Positions 33,058-44,964 are shown, numbered from the stretch's first letter. The stretch is 57,393 nucleotides of DNA from Oceanospirillales bacterium (GCA_007693685.1 REDB01000135.1:1-57393); one strand, 5' to 3'. Notes: generated from the letters alone by a model not told the origin. Numbers and translations are program-made.

Positions 33058-33612
33058 TCATCCTTTTCTAGTTAGAATGGCATCAGGAAGACCCTTGGCA
33101 ACTGCTTGAGCAACACTAGCGGCAATGACTGCTTTAACAAGATCACCGGGAATAAAGACAGCCATGACAGCGGCTGCGTCCAACCATTCACGCCCAGAAA
33201 TGATTTTGAAGCCCGTGATGCCAAATAAATAGAGTACTACTATGCCACCAAAAATAGCAGCCAATAAAGTCGCTGGAAAGATAGGTAGGCGTCTAAGCCA
33301 GATTGCCATATAGCCAGCGGCGAAAGCAGCAAAAGGAAATCCAATCGCAAAACCCGCAGTGGGACCCATGAAAACACCTAAGCCACCTCGACCTCCCGAT
33401 AACAGGGGTGCACCCAAGGCTACCACAAAAATAAATAAGGCCATGGATAAAGCGCCGCGCCAAGGACCTAACATCACTCCAGCCAACATCACTCCTAATG
33501 TTTGTGCTGTGATAGGTATTCCCGTAACAAAAGGAATCGGTGGAATTAAGCCCATTGCAGCGATGAGTGCAGCATACAGAGCTATTTGGACTAAGGATTT
33601 ATCTTGGCTCAT
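33058..33612 (-). CDS. bioY: Biotin transporter S component BioY
   Basis: IPITAQTLGVMLAG, GAPLLSGGRGG, GPTAGF, FIPGDLVK. Confidence 0.93.
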   Translation of the reverse strand: MSQDKSLVQIALYAALIAAMGLIPPIPFVTGIPITAQTLGVMLAGVMLGPWRGALSMALFIFVVALGAPLLSGGRGGLGVFMGPTAGFAIGFPFAAFAAGYMAIWLRRLPIFPATLLAAIFGGIVVLYLFGITGFKIISGREWLDAAAVMAVFIPGDLVKAVIAASVAQAVAKGLPDAILTRKG

Positions 33613-34234
33613 GGGTAGAAACTCGTGGGTTAGTGATAGTAGATATGCCACCTCGTGCTGCTAGCGCTTCGGCGACATGATCAGAAAGACGGATCGATTG
33701 TATGGTTAGCGGAATAGCGAGTTTCCATACCTGACGTTTTCCTCCGCGTGCACGCCATGCTTCCATTAGGTGCTGAATAACTGCCATTAAAACAGGCACA
33801 AACCGAATTAATAAGGTTACCGCAAAAGCGATGCGCTTAGGATCTATGTTAAAGAGTTTTAAAGGAGCAAACATAGGCGTAATTGCCGACATCATATCAT
33901 CCATGCGCGTCGTCAGGGTGATAAGATTGGCGAGTAAAATCAACACCAGCATTCGTAGTACTAGAAGGCTTGCTGATACCCAGCCAACAGTCCAAGTCTG
34001 CATTAAGAAAATAAGCAGAAAAAGCGGCGCTAAGGGCTTTAATATCAAGAGTTGTCTTAAGGCAGGTTTACCGACAGACGCATATAAAATAAGGGTAAAT
34101 AGAAGCATTAAGCCCATCAATCCAAGATTGGCAACAGGATAGAGCAATACACTTAATAGCAGTAACCCAAGTAGCTTGAGTCCTGCAGGTAGCTTATGCA
34201 ACCAGCTTGGATGAGCCATATACAGGCTAATCAT
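33599..34234 (-). CDS. bioN: ECF transmembrane (T) component BioN
   Basis: SWLHKLPAGLK, IRFVP, two ARG motifs (RARGG, AARGG). Confidence 0.88.
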   Translation of the reverse strand: MISLYMAHPSWLHKLPAGLKLLGLLLLSVLLYPVANLGLMGLMLLFTLILYASVGKPALRQLLILKPLAPLFLLIFLMQTWTVGWVSASLLVLRMLVLILLANLITLTTRMDDMMSAITPMFAPLKLFNIDPKRIAFAVTLLIRFVPVLMAVIQHLMEAWRARGGKRQVWKLAIPLTIQSIRLSDHVAEALAARGGISTITNPRVSTHEPR

Positions 34235-34944
34235 GACCTAAACTTCCGAGCTGATGCATAATACTCTGGAAGCACTTCAGCAGGTGTACCATCTTGAAAA
34301 ATTCGTCCACTCTCTAACCACAAGATGCGATCAAAGCTTTCTAAGGTTTCCAGTTCATGACTGATCATTACTAGTTGTTGAGGAAGTGAGTCTAATAAGT
34401 TCAAGAGTTGATAGCGTGTAATCAGGTCTAAGGCTGAAAAGGGCTCGTCCAGTATCAATACTTTAGGCTCCATCACTAGCACTGCCAAAATACAGACTAA
34501 CTGCTTTTGGCCATCAGATAAGCTATGAATCGCTTTGGGTGCCCAATCAGAGCGTTGATGTTCAGCTAAAATTGCTAGGGCTTTCTCTTTGGCTAGCTGC
34601 TTAGAGTGGCCTTGATTGATCAGACCAAAACTTAGCTCTTCTTCAACGGTTGGAAAAATAATCTGATGATCAGGATTTTGAAAAATAAATCCGACTTCTG
34701 CAGACATTTTTTGTGGACCGACTGAGGGGGAGTTGCCATGCACAGAGATCTTTCCTGAGTCAGGTTGAAGCAATCCATTGATTAGCCGAACCAAGGAGCT
34801 TTTTCCGGAGCCATTATGACCAATAATGCCGATTCGTTGCTGATCAAGTTCAAAGGTTAAATTATTTAGAACGTTTGTATGATTTCTAATAAGGCTAACC
34901 TGTTCAAATTGAATGCTAAGTGTCTGTTTCTTTGGCTGAGTCAT
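34231..34944 (-). CDS. bioM: ECF ATPase BioM
   Basis: GHNGSGKS, FQNPDHQIIFPTVEEE, LSDGQKQ, LDEPF. Confidence 0.88.
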   Translation of the reverse strand: MTQPKKQTLSIQFEQVSLIRNHTNVLNNLTFELDQQRIGIIGHNGSGKSSLVRLINGLLQPDSGKISVHGNSPSVGPQKMSAEVGFIFQNPDHQIIFPTVEEELSFGLINQGHSKQLAKEKALAILAEHQRSDWAPKAIHSLSDGQKQLVCILAVLVMEPKVLILDEPFSALDLITRYQLLNLLDSLPQQLVMISHELETLESFDRILWLESGRIFQDGTPAEVLPEYYASARKFRS

Positions 34945-35128
34945 GATGGTCTGGAGTGATTAAGGGGTGTAAAGATTAACTGTTCTTCCATTCAAGGTGC
35001 AAGAATCAAATGATACTTGTGCTGTAACCTTCAATATTCCTATGCTATTCTCGTTTTAAAGCGTAAGACTTTAAGGAGTACTACTACTCTAAATACTTAT
35101 TTTTTATAGGTATATGTAGTTTTAGAAG

Positions 35129-35155
35129 TCAAGCGAAGATCTGTGGCAGCGATAT
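35129..35155 (+). promoter_or_regulatory. Possible sigma28 promoter of the HD-GYP/hybrid kinase operon
   Basis: TCAAGCGA-N11-AGCGATAT. Confidence 0.3.
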
Positions 35156-35189
35156 TTGTCACCGAGACTTTCTAAGCGTGGAGGTAAGG

Positions 35190-36314
35190 ATGATACCTGA
35201 TGAGAGTGCGGCAAAAAATGTTTTAGTCGTCGATGACTCCCCTGATGTTATTGATTTATTGTCAGGTTTGTTAACTCCGCAATACCGAGTCCGCGCAGCA
35301 GCTGATGGTGAAACGGCTCTCAAAATTATCCTAAGTGAAATCCCTGTCGATATTGTATTGCTTGATCACCTAATGCCGGATCTAACGGGCATAGATATCT
35401 TAAATCAATTGTCTACTACTGGTTTGCTGCAACGCATCCCCATTATCATGTTAACTGGAGCTGAAGACCATTTAATTGAGTCAAAAGCACTAGAAATGGG
35501 CGCTGTAGACTTTGTTCGTAAGCCTATCTCTGCTCGCGTACTCATGGCACGCGTAGCTAACCATCTAGAACTTAGTCGCATCCGTAATTTACTCGCTGAA
35601 GAAAAGGATTTTTTGGAGTCGGAAATAAATCGACGAGTTGAAGAGATTCAAAAACTTCAAGATGTCACCATCATGTCCTTAGCCTGTCTTGCAGAGATGC
35701 GTGATTTAGAGACAGGTAATCATATTCTTCGTACTCAGCACTATGTTCGACAATTAGCCTTATTAATGCGAGATAATCCTCGTTTTTCTGAAGTCTTAAC
35801 TAGCCGCTACATCGACCTACTATTTAAGTCTGCTCCTTTGCACGATATTGGAAAAGTGGGTATTCCAGACAGAATACTGCTGAAACCCGGTCCTCTGACT
35901 GAAGAGGAGATGACCTTTATGAAAAATCACACCCTTTTTGGACATGACTCTTTGGTTCGCGCTGAAGAGATGATGAACTGTAGCTTGCCTTTTTTTGATG
36001 TAGCTAAACAGATCGCACTTTGTCATCACGAAAAATGGGATGGCAGTGGTTATCCAAGAGGGTTGAAAGGAGAAGAAATTCCTATTTCCGCGAGATTAAT
36101 GGCGATTGCGGATGTCTATGATGCATTGGTTAGTCGGCGCTGTTATAAGGAACCCATTGCTCATGAGAAGGTTATTGAAATGATTGCAGATCTATCTGGC
36201 ACTCATTTTGATCCAGAAATCACACAGATTTTTATTGAACACGAAGTGTTATTTCATGGAATCGCCTTAAAGTATCAGGATGAACCAGAACATGAAGCCC
36301 AGTACACCCAATAA
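35190..36314 (+). CDS. REC-HD-GYP response regulator (RpfG-like cyclic dinucleotide phosphodiesterase)
   Basis: VLVVDD..LLDHLMP..KP receiver; [34 protein letters not shown]; GGAGGT before ATG 35190. Confidence 0.93.
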   Translation: MIPDESAAKNVLVVDDSPDVIDLLSGLLTPQYRVRAAADGETALKIILSEIPVDIVLLDHLMPDLTGIDILNQLSTTGLLQRIPIIMLTGAEDHLIESKALEMGAVDFVRKPISARVLMARVANHLELSRIRNLLAEEKDFLESEINRRVEEIQKLQDVTIMSLACLAEMRDLETGNHILRTQHYVRQLALLMRDNPRFSEVLTSRYIDLLFKSAPLHDIGKVGIPDRILLKPGPLTEEEMTFMKNHTLFGHDSLVRAEEMMNCSLPFFDVAKQIALCHHEKWDGSGYPRGLKGEEIPISARLMAIADVYDALVSRRCYKEPIAHEKVIEMIADLSGTHFDPEITQIFIEHEVLFHGIALKYQDEPEHEAQYTQ

Positions 36315-39300
36315 GTATGGATACCAGTTAGGTCAACCTTTCGACACTAAAGATGTCAAAATAATAGTCAATTGTTTTATTCAACACACAGAAGCATTAA
36401 AGCAGGCGCATCAATGTCAGGGTATTTATGGTGTCTTAACTCCACAGGATTTTGTATTTTCAGACAATGACCAGCTAAAACTTCATTCTCCTCATTATTA
36501 TGAAGTATACGAGCTAGAGCAATTACGCTGGATTGCACCAGAAATGCTATCGCGTCATCAAGCACCGATGATTTGTTCTGATCTCTATTCATTAGGAGCT
36601 ATTTTTTACTTTTATTTGCTTGGAAAACCTCCTTTCACAAGTGAAACACCGCTCGAACTTGCGCATCAACACATGGCGGTGGAAGCAATGCCGGTTAATA
36701 AATCATGTGAAGGGATTCCTAAAGCGATTTCAAACATCCTTGCTAAGTTGTTATCCAAACAGCCTCAAGCAAGATATGCCTCAGTTGATGGACTGCTTCG
36801 TGATTTACATGAGTGCCTTAGACAGCAAGAAACTGTTGGAAGAATTGAACCTTTCGAACTGGGTGTAAGTGATCGAAGAGGTCAATTTCTAATTCCAGAT
36901 AAACTTTATGGGCGAGAAGAAGAGATTGCCATATTAGATCAAACCTTTGATCGTGCTTTGTCCGGAGAAATAGTTTTATGTATGGTCGGAGGCTATTCCG
37001 GGATAGGTAAGTCTGCACTAGTGAGGGCGATGAAAACCCATATAGAGGAGTGCGGCGGCTGTTTAGTTGAGGGTAAATTTGACCAATATCATCGTGAAAC
37101 GCCTTATTCTGCTTTAATTGAAGCTTTTCGTTCCTTACTACGTCAATTATTGTCACGATCTCGAACCGAGATAAACAAATGGAGTGAACAAGTCAAAAAA
37201 GTCCTTGGTGAAAATGCCATGGTCATAATTGCTGTTCTTCCCGAGCTAGAGCGATTAATTGGTGAACATCCACCTGCTCCCGAGTTAACTGGCGAAGCCG
37301 CAAGACAGCGCTTCAATATATTGTTTTCTGAGTTATTAAAACTATTTTCCAGTGAAGAGCATCCTTTAGTGATGTTTTTAGACGATCTACAATGGTCCGA
37401 TTTTGCCTCTTTAGATCTGGTGAAAAGTTTTGTCAGAAGAGGGGCTGGAGCACATCTCTTATTGGTCGGTGCCTACCGAGATAATGAAGTAGGTCCAGCT
37501 CATCCTATGACTCAGATGCTAGAAGATCTTCGTCAAGAGAATGCACTGATTTACGAACTACAGGTGCGACCTTTAAAAAAAGAACATGTTGCAGAAATTC
37601 TCCAAGACACCTTTTATGGATTTAAAGAAGTTTCCGCACTTGCTGATTTAGTCATGCGTAAAGCAGAAGGTAACCCTTTCTTTACTCGCCAATTTATCAC
37701 TAGTTTGGTTCGGCAAAATGACTTTTTTTACGATGTCATAAAACAGCGCTGGTGCTGTGACCTGTCCAGTATTCGTCTTAGAGATGTTTCTGAAAATGTT
37801 GTTGAACTGATGACTCGACGGATAAGTTCGCTGCCTAATCAAATTCAGTTATTACTCAAAGTTGCAGCATGTATTGGAAAGCGGTTCGACCTTGAACTCT
37901 TATCCATGGTAATGAGAGCCGACGAAGATACTGTGCTTAATGATTTGTCTTTGGCAGTAAATGAAGAGTTTATCCTACCAATAAATGACTTGTCAGAAGC
38001 TAAAGCTTTTCAATTCGCCCATGATCGAGTTCAACAGGCTTCTTATTTGTTAATGGTTGGGGAGTCGCACAAATCATTGCATCTTCAAATAGGAATGTCA
38101 CTCTGGTCCAAGTGTGTCGATAACGTTGAGCCCGAAGTGTTTACCATTGTTGATCAACTGGATCAGGCTATTGAACTATTAACCAGTCCTAGTGAGTGTA
38201 TAGAGGTTGCAAGGCTTAATTTAATTGCCGGTCGTCGAGCTAGATCCTCGATGGCCTATCGAGCCGCCGCTAAATATTTACAAATTGCACGCGACCTTCT
38301 TCCAGAAGGTCATTGGCAGTCTCATTATGAGCTTTCTTATGATATTTACTTGGATCTTGTAGAAGTTTATTCAGTATTAAATTTAGAAGCTGAATTCAAT
38401 GTTACTGTTGATCAATTGATGCAACAAGTAACGGGTGATCATGATCGTTTGCAGGTTCGCATCCGTCAAACAGCGCATCTTTGTTTATCCAGTCGAATGT
38501 TTGAAGGCCTAGAGATAGGTTGTATTGGTTTAGGAGAGATAGGGATTCAAATTCCTCCTCAAAGTGATCAAGCAGCGTTAATGCGTGAATTTGAAAATAC
38601 CCTAGCTGTTTTCCGAGAAAAAACACGGGGCTTAAATTTGTCTGAGCATCTATTTAACTTGCCCAATGCAAAAGATCAATTTAGCGAAGATATTATGCGG
38701 CTAATAGGCGCCATGGGCGACGCTGCGACTATCACCAATACACCCCTATTAAGTCTTCTAGCTGCCATCGGAGGGTTACGAAGTCTAGAGTATGGTAATA
38801 CTTCATTATCGCCCTTGCTCTATACCTTGCTAGGTCAAGGGGTCATTGCGCATGAGCGTGCTTATATAGAAGGGCGTGATTTGGCTAATGTTGCATTGCG
38901 CTTGATGAACGAAAAACGATTGGATCTATGGTCATACGGTAGATCTAGGGTTCATCAGTTCTGGTTTATCTTACACTGGTCAAGGCATATCGAAAAAAGT
39001 TTACCTGAGATAGAAGAAGCCCTAGCGGTAACACGTAGAGCTCATGATCCTTTGTACGCAGCTTACTTGCTCAATATCATTGTCATCACGAACTACTTTT
39101 CTGGTCGCAGTACCGTGGATGTCATCGCAGCCCATGAGAGGGTGTGCGAGCATTGTAAGCCTTACTCTATGGATGTCATTATAGGCTTTACTCAATGCTA
39201 TGCTGGCGCTGCTGCAGCACTTAGAGGAGAAACGGCGGGTCTTACCATCATTGATGGAGAGCATGTCCGAGAAGCTGATTTTAAAGCAACCTTTAAAGAT

Positions 39301-42300
39301 ATGCCGATGGTCATGGGCCTTTCCTGTGGTGCACGTATTCCATTATTTGGTTTGGCTGGTCAATGGAATCAAGTATTGGATATAGCTGAAGATACCAATC
39401 TACTGCACTCTCCTCCATTTTTGCCTCATACTATCATTCAGTTTTGGCGAGGTGTTGCGGCTGCAGCTTTAGCTCGAGATGCATCAGGTCTAGAGCGCGA
39501 TAAATATTTAGATCATTTAGCACAGGCTCAAGCGTTTCTTAACTACATTGCCAATCAAGCCACATCTGAAAATGTGTTGCATCGTATCGCTTTTCTAGAT
39601 GCCGAAGCTGCTCGACTGGAAGGTGATAAACGTATAGTGACAGCTCGCTATCAACGAGCAGAGCATCTTGCTGAAACACATGGATTTATATTGGAATCTG
39701 CGTTTATTGCAGAAACCCTAGCAGCATGGCAGGCAGATAGCTGGTTTGATGATCAGGAAGTTTACGACAGCTTAGAGCGTGCAATTGAAAAGTACGGACG
39801 AGTTCAGGCATTTGTCCTAGAAAGGCGCGCAAGCGCTCTTCTGAAAACACGAAAAAAACGCATTCAAGAAGATCAACTTCCGGTCCTAGATTCCAGCGAT
39901 ACACAGGCCTTACTATCTGCAGTTCAAGCTATTACTGGCTACTCTGACCTTAATGCTCTGCTAGTTCACTTAATCAAAATTATTATTGATTCATCTGGGG
40001 CTGAACGAGGTTGTGTTTTAGAACGCAAAAACGATGCTATTTCTGTTGTTCTATCCGAAGAATCCGGCTGTTATCAGGATCGCTTTCCTTTAAGTATTGT
40101 CCGTTACGTGATGAATACAGGTGAAACCGTTGTGTTGGACTCTGGAGCAAGATCAACCGATGGTTCGGAGTTTTGGGATAATCATAACGATCCTTATTTA
40201 ATGGAGTCCATGCCAGCATCGCTATTATGTCAGGCAATCGACCGCCAGCGACCTGTAAGACGTGTGCTCTACTTAGAGCATCAGCAGATAAAAGGCGTGT
40301 TTTCGCCTAAGCGTCGTCGCATGCTGGAGTGGCTGATAGGTCAAGCTGCTATCTCCATTGAAAATGCCGAGCTTTATAGTGATTTGGAATCAAAAGTTGC
40401 TGAAAGGACTCGTAAACTTTCTGAAACTAATGAGATTCTCAATGCTCAACGTCAAGAGTTGTTAGAAGCTAAAGAGCAAGCACTTAAAGCAGCCGATGCT
40501 AAAGCTTCTTTTTTAGCTAATATGAGCCATGAGATCCGAACTCCAATGAACGCTATATTGGGTATGACTCAGCTGGCGTTGAAAACAGAAGTAAACCCAA
40601 AAACCAGAAACTATCTATCAAAAGTAAATGATGCAGCAGAAAGCCTGTTGGTTATATTGAATGATATATTGGAATACAGTCGATTTGAGGCAGGTAAGGT
40701 GAAACTTGAAACAGTCGAGTTTGACCTAGATATGATTATTGATCACTTAAGAAATGTCTGCTTGTCATGGTTAAGTGCAAAATCTGTAGAGCTTCATTTT
40801 GATCTGGATATTGATGTGCCCCGATTTTTGATAGGCGATCCACATAGATTGAGTCAAGTATTAATCAACTTAACCAGTAACGCTTTAAAGTTCACGGAAG
40901 AAGGCGATGTGATCCTTAAAGCTCAGGTATTGGATGCTAAAAAAAATGAAGCAGAACTCAAGTTTACCGTCGCAGATACTGGGATAGGTATTCCCAGTGC
41001 ACGATTGTCAGCATTGTTTGATGTCTTCGAGCAGGTCGATAGTTCAACAACTCGAAAATACGGCGGCTCTGGCTTAGGACTTGCTATTAGCAAGCGTTTA
41101 GTTGAAGCCTGGGGTGGTAAAATATGGGTAGAAAGTGAGTTAAACAAAGGATCTCTATTCCATATTACCGGTCGTTTTGGTCTTCCGCAGAATCCATCCA
41201 GAAGTAAAAGCATGCCTATAATGTCTCAGCTGGAACGGCTTCATGTATTGGTGGCTGATGACAACCCTATCGCCCTCGATATTATTGCGCAAACCTGCTC
41301 TCGCTTCGGCTTTACTTCGCAAAAAGCATACACACTTGCAAATCTAGAAGATCTTTATGGTCAAGCAATACAAGACAGAAAACCCTTTGATGTCGTGATT
41401 ATGGATAACCGTTTGACAGAAGATCATGGTCAAGGATTTATAAATCACATTAGAAATTTATGGCCAAAGCACAAAGCCTTTTTTCTGGTAACAGTCAATG
41501 AGTCAGTAGAGCATTTTGATGATCATAGCCTGACAAACATGGAGTCTGTCGAAAAGTTAGCAAAACCTATTACCGCTTCATCATTATTTGAAGCGCTGGG
41601 TAGCGTGTTTGCCAAACAACTTCAGTTTGAAAGTAGTCATAACCAAACTCAAAACATCGATTTTCGGGATAGTGAGAAGCGACTTGAAGGCATCAATATC
41701 TTGCTGGTAGAAGATAATGAAATGAACTTGGAGTTAGCGATTGATTTATTAGAAGGAGAGGGTGCTCAGGTTTTTCCCGTCAGAAATGGCGTTGAAGTAT
41801 TGAGGGCATTGCAGACTAAGTCACATTACGATCTAGTGCTAATGGACTGTCAGATGCCTTTAATGGATGGTTACGAAGCTACTCGCAGAATTAAAGGTGA
41901 ATTGGGTCTTAAAGATCTCCCCATTATTGCCATGACAGCCAATGTGATGCCTGATGATCGGCAAAAAGCAATGGACGCTGGAATGTGTGATTATATATCC
42001 AAGCCTATTCATCCAAAAACTATGTTTGAGACCATTGCTCGCTGGGTTAAAACCACAGAAAATGACGACATCGAAACCTCTTCAGAGAATGTAACCACCA
42101 TTACAACTAATGCCACACTTTTATTAGCCGATTTAAAATTAACTAATATTGATACTGTTAAGGGATTAGCTTTCTGTAATGGTCAAGAAATAATCTATCT
42201 TAAGCAGTTGCATGCATTCAAAAATCATTTTGCAGATTTTCAAAAGAGACTACCTGATCTTTTGGAAACTCAGCAACTTGAGGCTGCACAAAGATCATTT

Positions 42301-42693
42301 CACTCTTTAAAAAGTGCATCAGCAACGATTGGAGCGCAGGAGATCTCTTCAATTGCCGCTGAAATTGAAATGCAGCTTAGGAGGCAGCAGAATATTAATC
42401 AGCAACAACTTAGTTCAATCTATGGACTAATTAATCGGCTTTTATCTGAAATTCAATATCTGCCTGACCTAAAGGAAATCGCTGATAAAACTACGAAAAG
42501 CAAGGAGCAACTTTTACTGTCCTTATCAGAGGCTATTGATGATTTTGATACTGCCGCAAAAGCGATCGCATTATCTTTCAATGAACTACTCAGCGAGACT
42601 GAAGCTCAGGAGTTTACACCAGTCATCATGGCGTTAGAAAAGTACGATTTTGCAAAGGCAAAAGCTTTGTTTAAGCAGTTTCAGGAACCGTAA
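36280..42693 (+). CDS. Soluble multidomain hybrid sensor: degenerate Ser/Thr kinase, AAA/STAND-like ATPase, helical repeats, GAF, HisKA/HATPase, REC, REC, Hpt
   Basis: APE and SDLYSLG kinase remnants; [33 protein letters not shown]; LYLEH..F GAF; [31 protein letters not shown]; two receivers; [13 protein letters not shown] Hpt. Start may be 36292. Confidence 0.9.
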   Translation: MNQNMKPSTPNKYGYQLGQPFDTKDVKIIVNCFIQHTEALKQAHQCQGIYGVLTPQDFVFSDNDQLKLHSPHYYEVYELEQLRWIAPEMLSRHQAPMICSDLYSLGAIFYFYLLGKPPFTSETPLELAHQHMAVEAMPVNKSCEGIPKAISNILAKLLSKQPQARYASVDGLLRDLHECLRQQETVGRIEPFELGVSDRRGQFLIPDKLYGREEEIAILDQTFDRALSGEIVLCMVGGYSGIGKSALVRAMKTHIEECGGCLVEGKFDQYHRETPYSALIEAFRSLLRQLLSRSRTEINKWSEQVKKVLGENAMVIIAVLPELERLIGEHPPAPELTGEAARQRFNILFSELLKLFSSEEHPLVMFLDDLQWSDFASLDLVKSFVRRGAGAHLLLVGAYRDNEVGPAHPMTQMLEDLRQENALIYELQVRPLKKEHVAEILQDTFYGFKEVSALADLVMRKAEGNPFFTRQFITSLVRQNDFFYDVIKQRWCCDLSSIRLRDVSENVVELMTRRISSLPNQIQLLLKVAACIGKRFDLELLSMVMRADEDTVLNDLSLAVNEEFILPINDLSEAKAFQFAHDRVQQASYLLMVGESHKSLHLQIGMSLWSKCVDNVEPEVFTIVDQLDQAIELLTSPSECIEVARLNLIAGRRARSSMAYRAAAKYLQIARDLLPEGHWQSHYELSYDIYLDLVEVYSVLNLEAEFNVTVDQLMQQVTGDHDRLQVRIRQTAHLCLSSRMFEGLEIGCIGLGEIGIQIPPQSDQAALMREFENTLAVFREKTRGLNLSEHLFNLPNAKDQFSEDIMRLIGAMGDAATITNTPLLSLLAAIGGLRSLEYGNTSLSPLLYTLLGQGVIAHERAYIEGRDLANVALRLMNEKRLDLWSYGRSRVHQFWFILHWSRHIEKSLPEIEEALAVTRRAHDPLYAAYLLNIIVITNYFSGRSTVDVIAAHERVCEHCKPYSMDVIIGFTQCYAGAAAALRGETAGLTIIDGEHVREADFKATFKDMPMVMGLSCGARIPLFGLAGQWNQVLDIAEDTNLLHSPPFLPHTIIQFWRGVAAAALARDASGLERDKYLDHLAQAQAFLNYIANQATSENVLHRIAFLDAEAARLEGDKRIVTARYQRAEHLAETHGFILESAFIAETLAAWQADSWFDDQEVYDSLERAIEKYGRVQAFVLERRASALLKTRKKRIQEDQLPVLDSSDTQALLSAVQAITGYSDLNALLVHLIKIIIDSSGAERGCVLERKNDAISVVLSEESGCYQDRFPLSIVRYVMNTGETVVLDSGARSTDGSEFWDNHNDPYLMESMPASLLCQAIDRQRPVRRVLYLEHQQIKGVFSPKRRRMLEWLIGQAAISIENAELYSDLESKVAERTRKLSETNEILNAQRQELLEAKEQALKAADAKASFLANMSHEIRTPMNAILGMTQLALKTEVNPKTRNYLSKVNDAAESLLVILNDILEYSRFEAGKVKLETVEFDLDMIIDHLRNVCLSWLSAKSVELHFDLDIDVPRFLIGDPHRLSQVLINLTSNALKFTEEGDVILKAQVLDAKKNEAELKFTVADTGIGIPSARLSALFDVFEQVDSSTTRKYGGSGLGLAISKRLVEAWGGKIWVESELNKGSLFHITGRFGLPQNPSRSKSMPIMSQLERLHVLVADDNPIALDIIAQTCSRFGFTSQKAYTLANLEDLYGQAIQDRKPFDVVIMDNRLTEDHGQGFINHIRNLWPKHKAFFLVTVNESVEHFDDHSLTNMESVEKLAKPITASSLFEALGSVFAKQLQFESSHNQTQNIDFRDSEKRLEGINILLVEDNEMNLELAIDLLEGEGAQVFPVRNGVEVLRALQTKSHYDLVLMDCQMPLMDGYEATRRIKGELGLKDLPIIAMTANVMPDDRQKAMDAGMCDYISKPIHPKTMFETIARWVKTTENDDIETSSENVTTITTNATLLLADLKLTNIDTVKGLAFCNGQEIIYLKQLHAFKNHFADFQKRLPDLLETQQLEAAQRSFHSLKSASATIGAQEISSIAAEIEMQLRRQQNINQQQLSSIYGLINRLLSEIQYLPDLKEIADKTTKSKEQLLLSLSEAIDDFDTAAKAIALSFNELLSETEAQEFTPVIMALEKYDFAKAKALFKQFQEP

Positions 42694-42764
42694 ATTGAGT
42701 AAGCTAGACTCTAGCATTGTTCGAATCGAACTCTTTCATAGGGCTAAGTTTGAAAGTGTGTTGA

Positions 42765-42795
42765 AATAGCTTAAGCCACAAGGGCTTAAGCTATT
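42765..42795. terminator. 13-bp perfect hairpin between convergent kinase and ppk2 genes
   Basis: AATAGCTTAAGCC-acaag-GGCTTAAGCTATT. Confidence 0.7.
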
Positions 42796-42803
42796 CTCAC
42801 CCA

Positions 42804-43889
42804 TCAATCAGACATCAAGCTTGCACGACCTACCACTAACGGGTCGATACCACCTATGGTATTGAGGTCTCTTCCAGTGTAATCCAGTTTGTGTAAAACG
42901 TAGCGCATAGCATTTAAACGAGCGCGTTTTTTACAGTCTGATTTAACCACTGTCCAAGGTGCTTCTGCCATATCGGTATGGAAAAACATCGCTTCTTTTG
43001 CATCCGTATAAGCATCCCATTTGTCTAACGATGCTAAGTCGATGGGGCTAAGTTTCCATTGTTTTAGAGGATGGATTTTACGTGCTTCAAAGCGCGAATG
43101 TTGCTCTTCGCGACTAACAGAGAACCAGAACTTAATCAGGTGAATACCACTACTGACTAAGTGTCTTTCAAACTCTGGGACTTGGCGTAAAAAATCATCA
43201 TATTCTTGATCGGTACAGAAACCCATTACACGCTCAACACCAGCGCGGTTGTACCAAGAGCGGTCAAACAGAACAATTTCTCCAGCGGTTGGCAGGTTTT
43301 GCACATAGCGTTGAAAATACCACTGACCCTTTTCAGTTTCGGTGGGCTTCTCTAGCGCAACAACTCTCGCACCCCTTGGGTTAATGTGCTCCATAAAGCG
43401 TTTAATCGTTCCACCTTTACCGGCTGCATCGCGTCCTTCAAAAAGAATCACAACTTTTTGACCTGTCTCTCGAACCCATGCTTGGAGCTTAAGTAATTCA
43501 ACTTGAAGATGATATTTTTGTGTCTCGTAAGCTTTGCGAGATAAGCGGTTTTTATAGGGGTAGACAGCGGTACGCCAGTTATCAACCAGCTCTTCGTCTT
43601 TATCAATTTGTTGTTGATCTTGAGCAGGGTCATGCCAACGAGAAAGAGCCGATTTTAGGGCTTCAGCATCATCAGGAGAGGCTCCTGCGAGAATGGTGTC
43701 GAGGGTTTTGACAACAGCCGCAGCATCCACTGATTTAGCTTTTTCCTTTTTTAAAATATCATCCGTTGACGTCTCGGTAGATAATTGAGCGCCCGACACT
43801 GCTTTAAGAACAGTAAACGCTTCAATAGGATCAATTTTATTTTTGGTTTTGCGCGGAGTTTTAGCTTTTGATGTGTCGGAGCTTTTCAT
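42804..43889 (-). CDS. ppk2: Polyphosphate kinase 2
   Basis: FEGRDAAGKGG, DRSWYNRAGVERVMGF, KQWKLSP; start ATG 43889 with GAGGGA upstream. Confidence 0.95.
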   Translation of the reverse strand: MKSSDTSKAKTPRKTKNKIDPIEAFTVLKAVSGAQLSTETSTDDILKKEKAKSVDAAAVVKTLDTILAGASPDDAEALKSALSRWHDPAQDQQQIDKDEELVDNWRTAVYPYKNRLSRKAYETQKYHLQVELLKLQAWVRETGQKVVILFEGRDAAGKGGTIKRFMEHINPRGARVVALEKPTETEKGQWYFQRYVQNLPTAGEIVLFDRSWYNRAGVERVMGFCTDQEYDDFLRQVPEFERHLVSSGIHLIKFWFSVSREEQHSRFEARKIHPLKQWKLSPIDLASLDKWDAYTDAKEAMFFHTDMAEAPWTVVKSDCKKRARLNAMRYVLHKLDYTGRDLNTIGGIDPLVVGRASLMSD

Positions 43890-43962
43890 ATATCGTCCCT
43901 CTTGTTCTTCGTCTTTATATGTCAAATATATTACCACGAAAATAATGGGTATAGGTCAAAAT

Positions 43963-44955
43963 ATGCAGGTCGTTTTTTATAGTTCGCAAAGCTACGATAA
44001 AACTTTTTTTGAGAAAACTAATGGTCATTTTGATTTCACTTTACGTTTTTTAGAAACCTCTTTGCGACATGAAACAGCGTCTTTGGCAAAAGGTGCAGAT
44101 GCGGTGTGTGTTTTTGTCAATGATTGCCTTGATGAAGCGTGCTTAACTGCCTTAAAAGAGGTTGGAGTCAAGTGGATTGCACTGCGCTGTGCGGGATTCA
44201 ACAATGTGGACTTGAAAGCAGCTAAGGACTTAAATCTTCCGGTTGTCCGAGTTCCTGCTTATTCACCAGAAGCGGTTGCTGAACATACCCTTGCGCTTAT
44301 CCTAACACTTAATCGACATACCCATCGAGCCTATAACCGAGTAAGAGAAAGTAACTTTCAGCTACAAGGATTACTTGGATTTAATTTACATAAAAAAACA
44401 GTGGGTATCGTAGGTACGGGCCAAATAGGTCTCGCGACAGCAAGAATTTTAACCGGATTTGGTTGTCATTTGATTGGTTATGATCCTTATCCTAACCAAG
44501 CCTTCAAGGAGTTAGGTGCAGAATACGCAGACTTGGAAACTCTTTATCAACGCTCCGATATTATCAGTCTTCACTGTCCATTGATGCCAGAGAATCATCA
44601 CTTAATCAATGGCGCTGCCATCGCATCGATGAAGCGAGGCGTCATGCTGGTTAATACTAGTCGTGGCGGGTTGATAGATACTCGAGCAGCTATTATGGCG
44701 TTGAAGTCAGGACAGTTAGGTTACCTCGCGCTTGATGTGTATGAGCAAGAAAGTGAATTTTTCTTTAGAGATCTTTCGGATGAAATTCTCTCTGATGATG
44801 ACCTTTCGCGCTTAATGACCTTTCCCAATGTTCTGATTACAGGGCATCAAGGATTTTTTACTGAAGAGGCGCTGACCCAGATTGCTACCGTGACACTCAC
44901 GAATCTTCAAGAGTTAATCAATACCGGAAGTTGCTGCAATAATATCACCGAGTAA
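43963..44955 (+). CDS. ldhA: NAD-dependent D-lactate dehydrogenase (D-2-hydroxyacid family)
   Basis: LRCAGFNNVD, VPAYSPEAVAEH, GTGQIG, SLHCPL, NTSRG, ITGHQGF; start ATG 43963. Confidence 0.9.
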   Translation: MQVVFYSSQSYDKTFFEKTNGHFDFTLRFLETSLRHETASLAKGADAVCVFVNDCLDEACLTALKEVGVKWIALRCAGFNNVDLKAAKDLNLPVVRVPAYSPEAVAEHTLALILTLNRHTHRAYNRVRESNFQLQGLLGFNLHKKTVGIVGTGQIGLATARILTGFGCHLIGYDPYPNQAFKELGAEYADLETLYQRSDIISLHCPLMPENHHLINGAAIASMKRGVMLVNTSRGGLIDTRAAIMALKSGQLGYLALDVYEQESEFFFRDLSDEILSDDDLSRLMTFPNVLITGHQGFFTEEALTQIATVTLTNLQELINTGSCCNNITE

Positions 44956-44964
44956 CCACGTCAT

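Noticed and set aside
34968-35003. Possible BirA operator upstream of bioM
   Set aside because: Only a partial TGTAAA half-site, with no correctly spaced GGTTTACA partner
35190-42693. Giant AAA protein as an anti-phage STAND (Avs-like) system or mobile island
   Set aside because: The output is a phosphorelay rather than a toxic effector; no integrase, transposase, tRNA or flanking direct repeats seen
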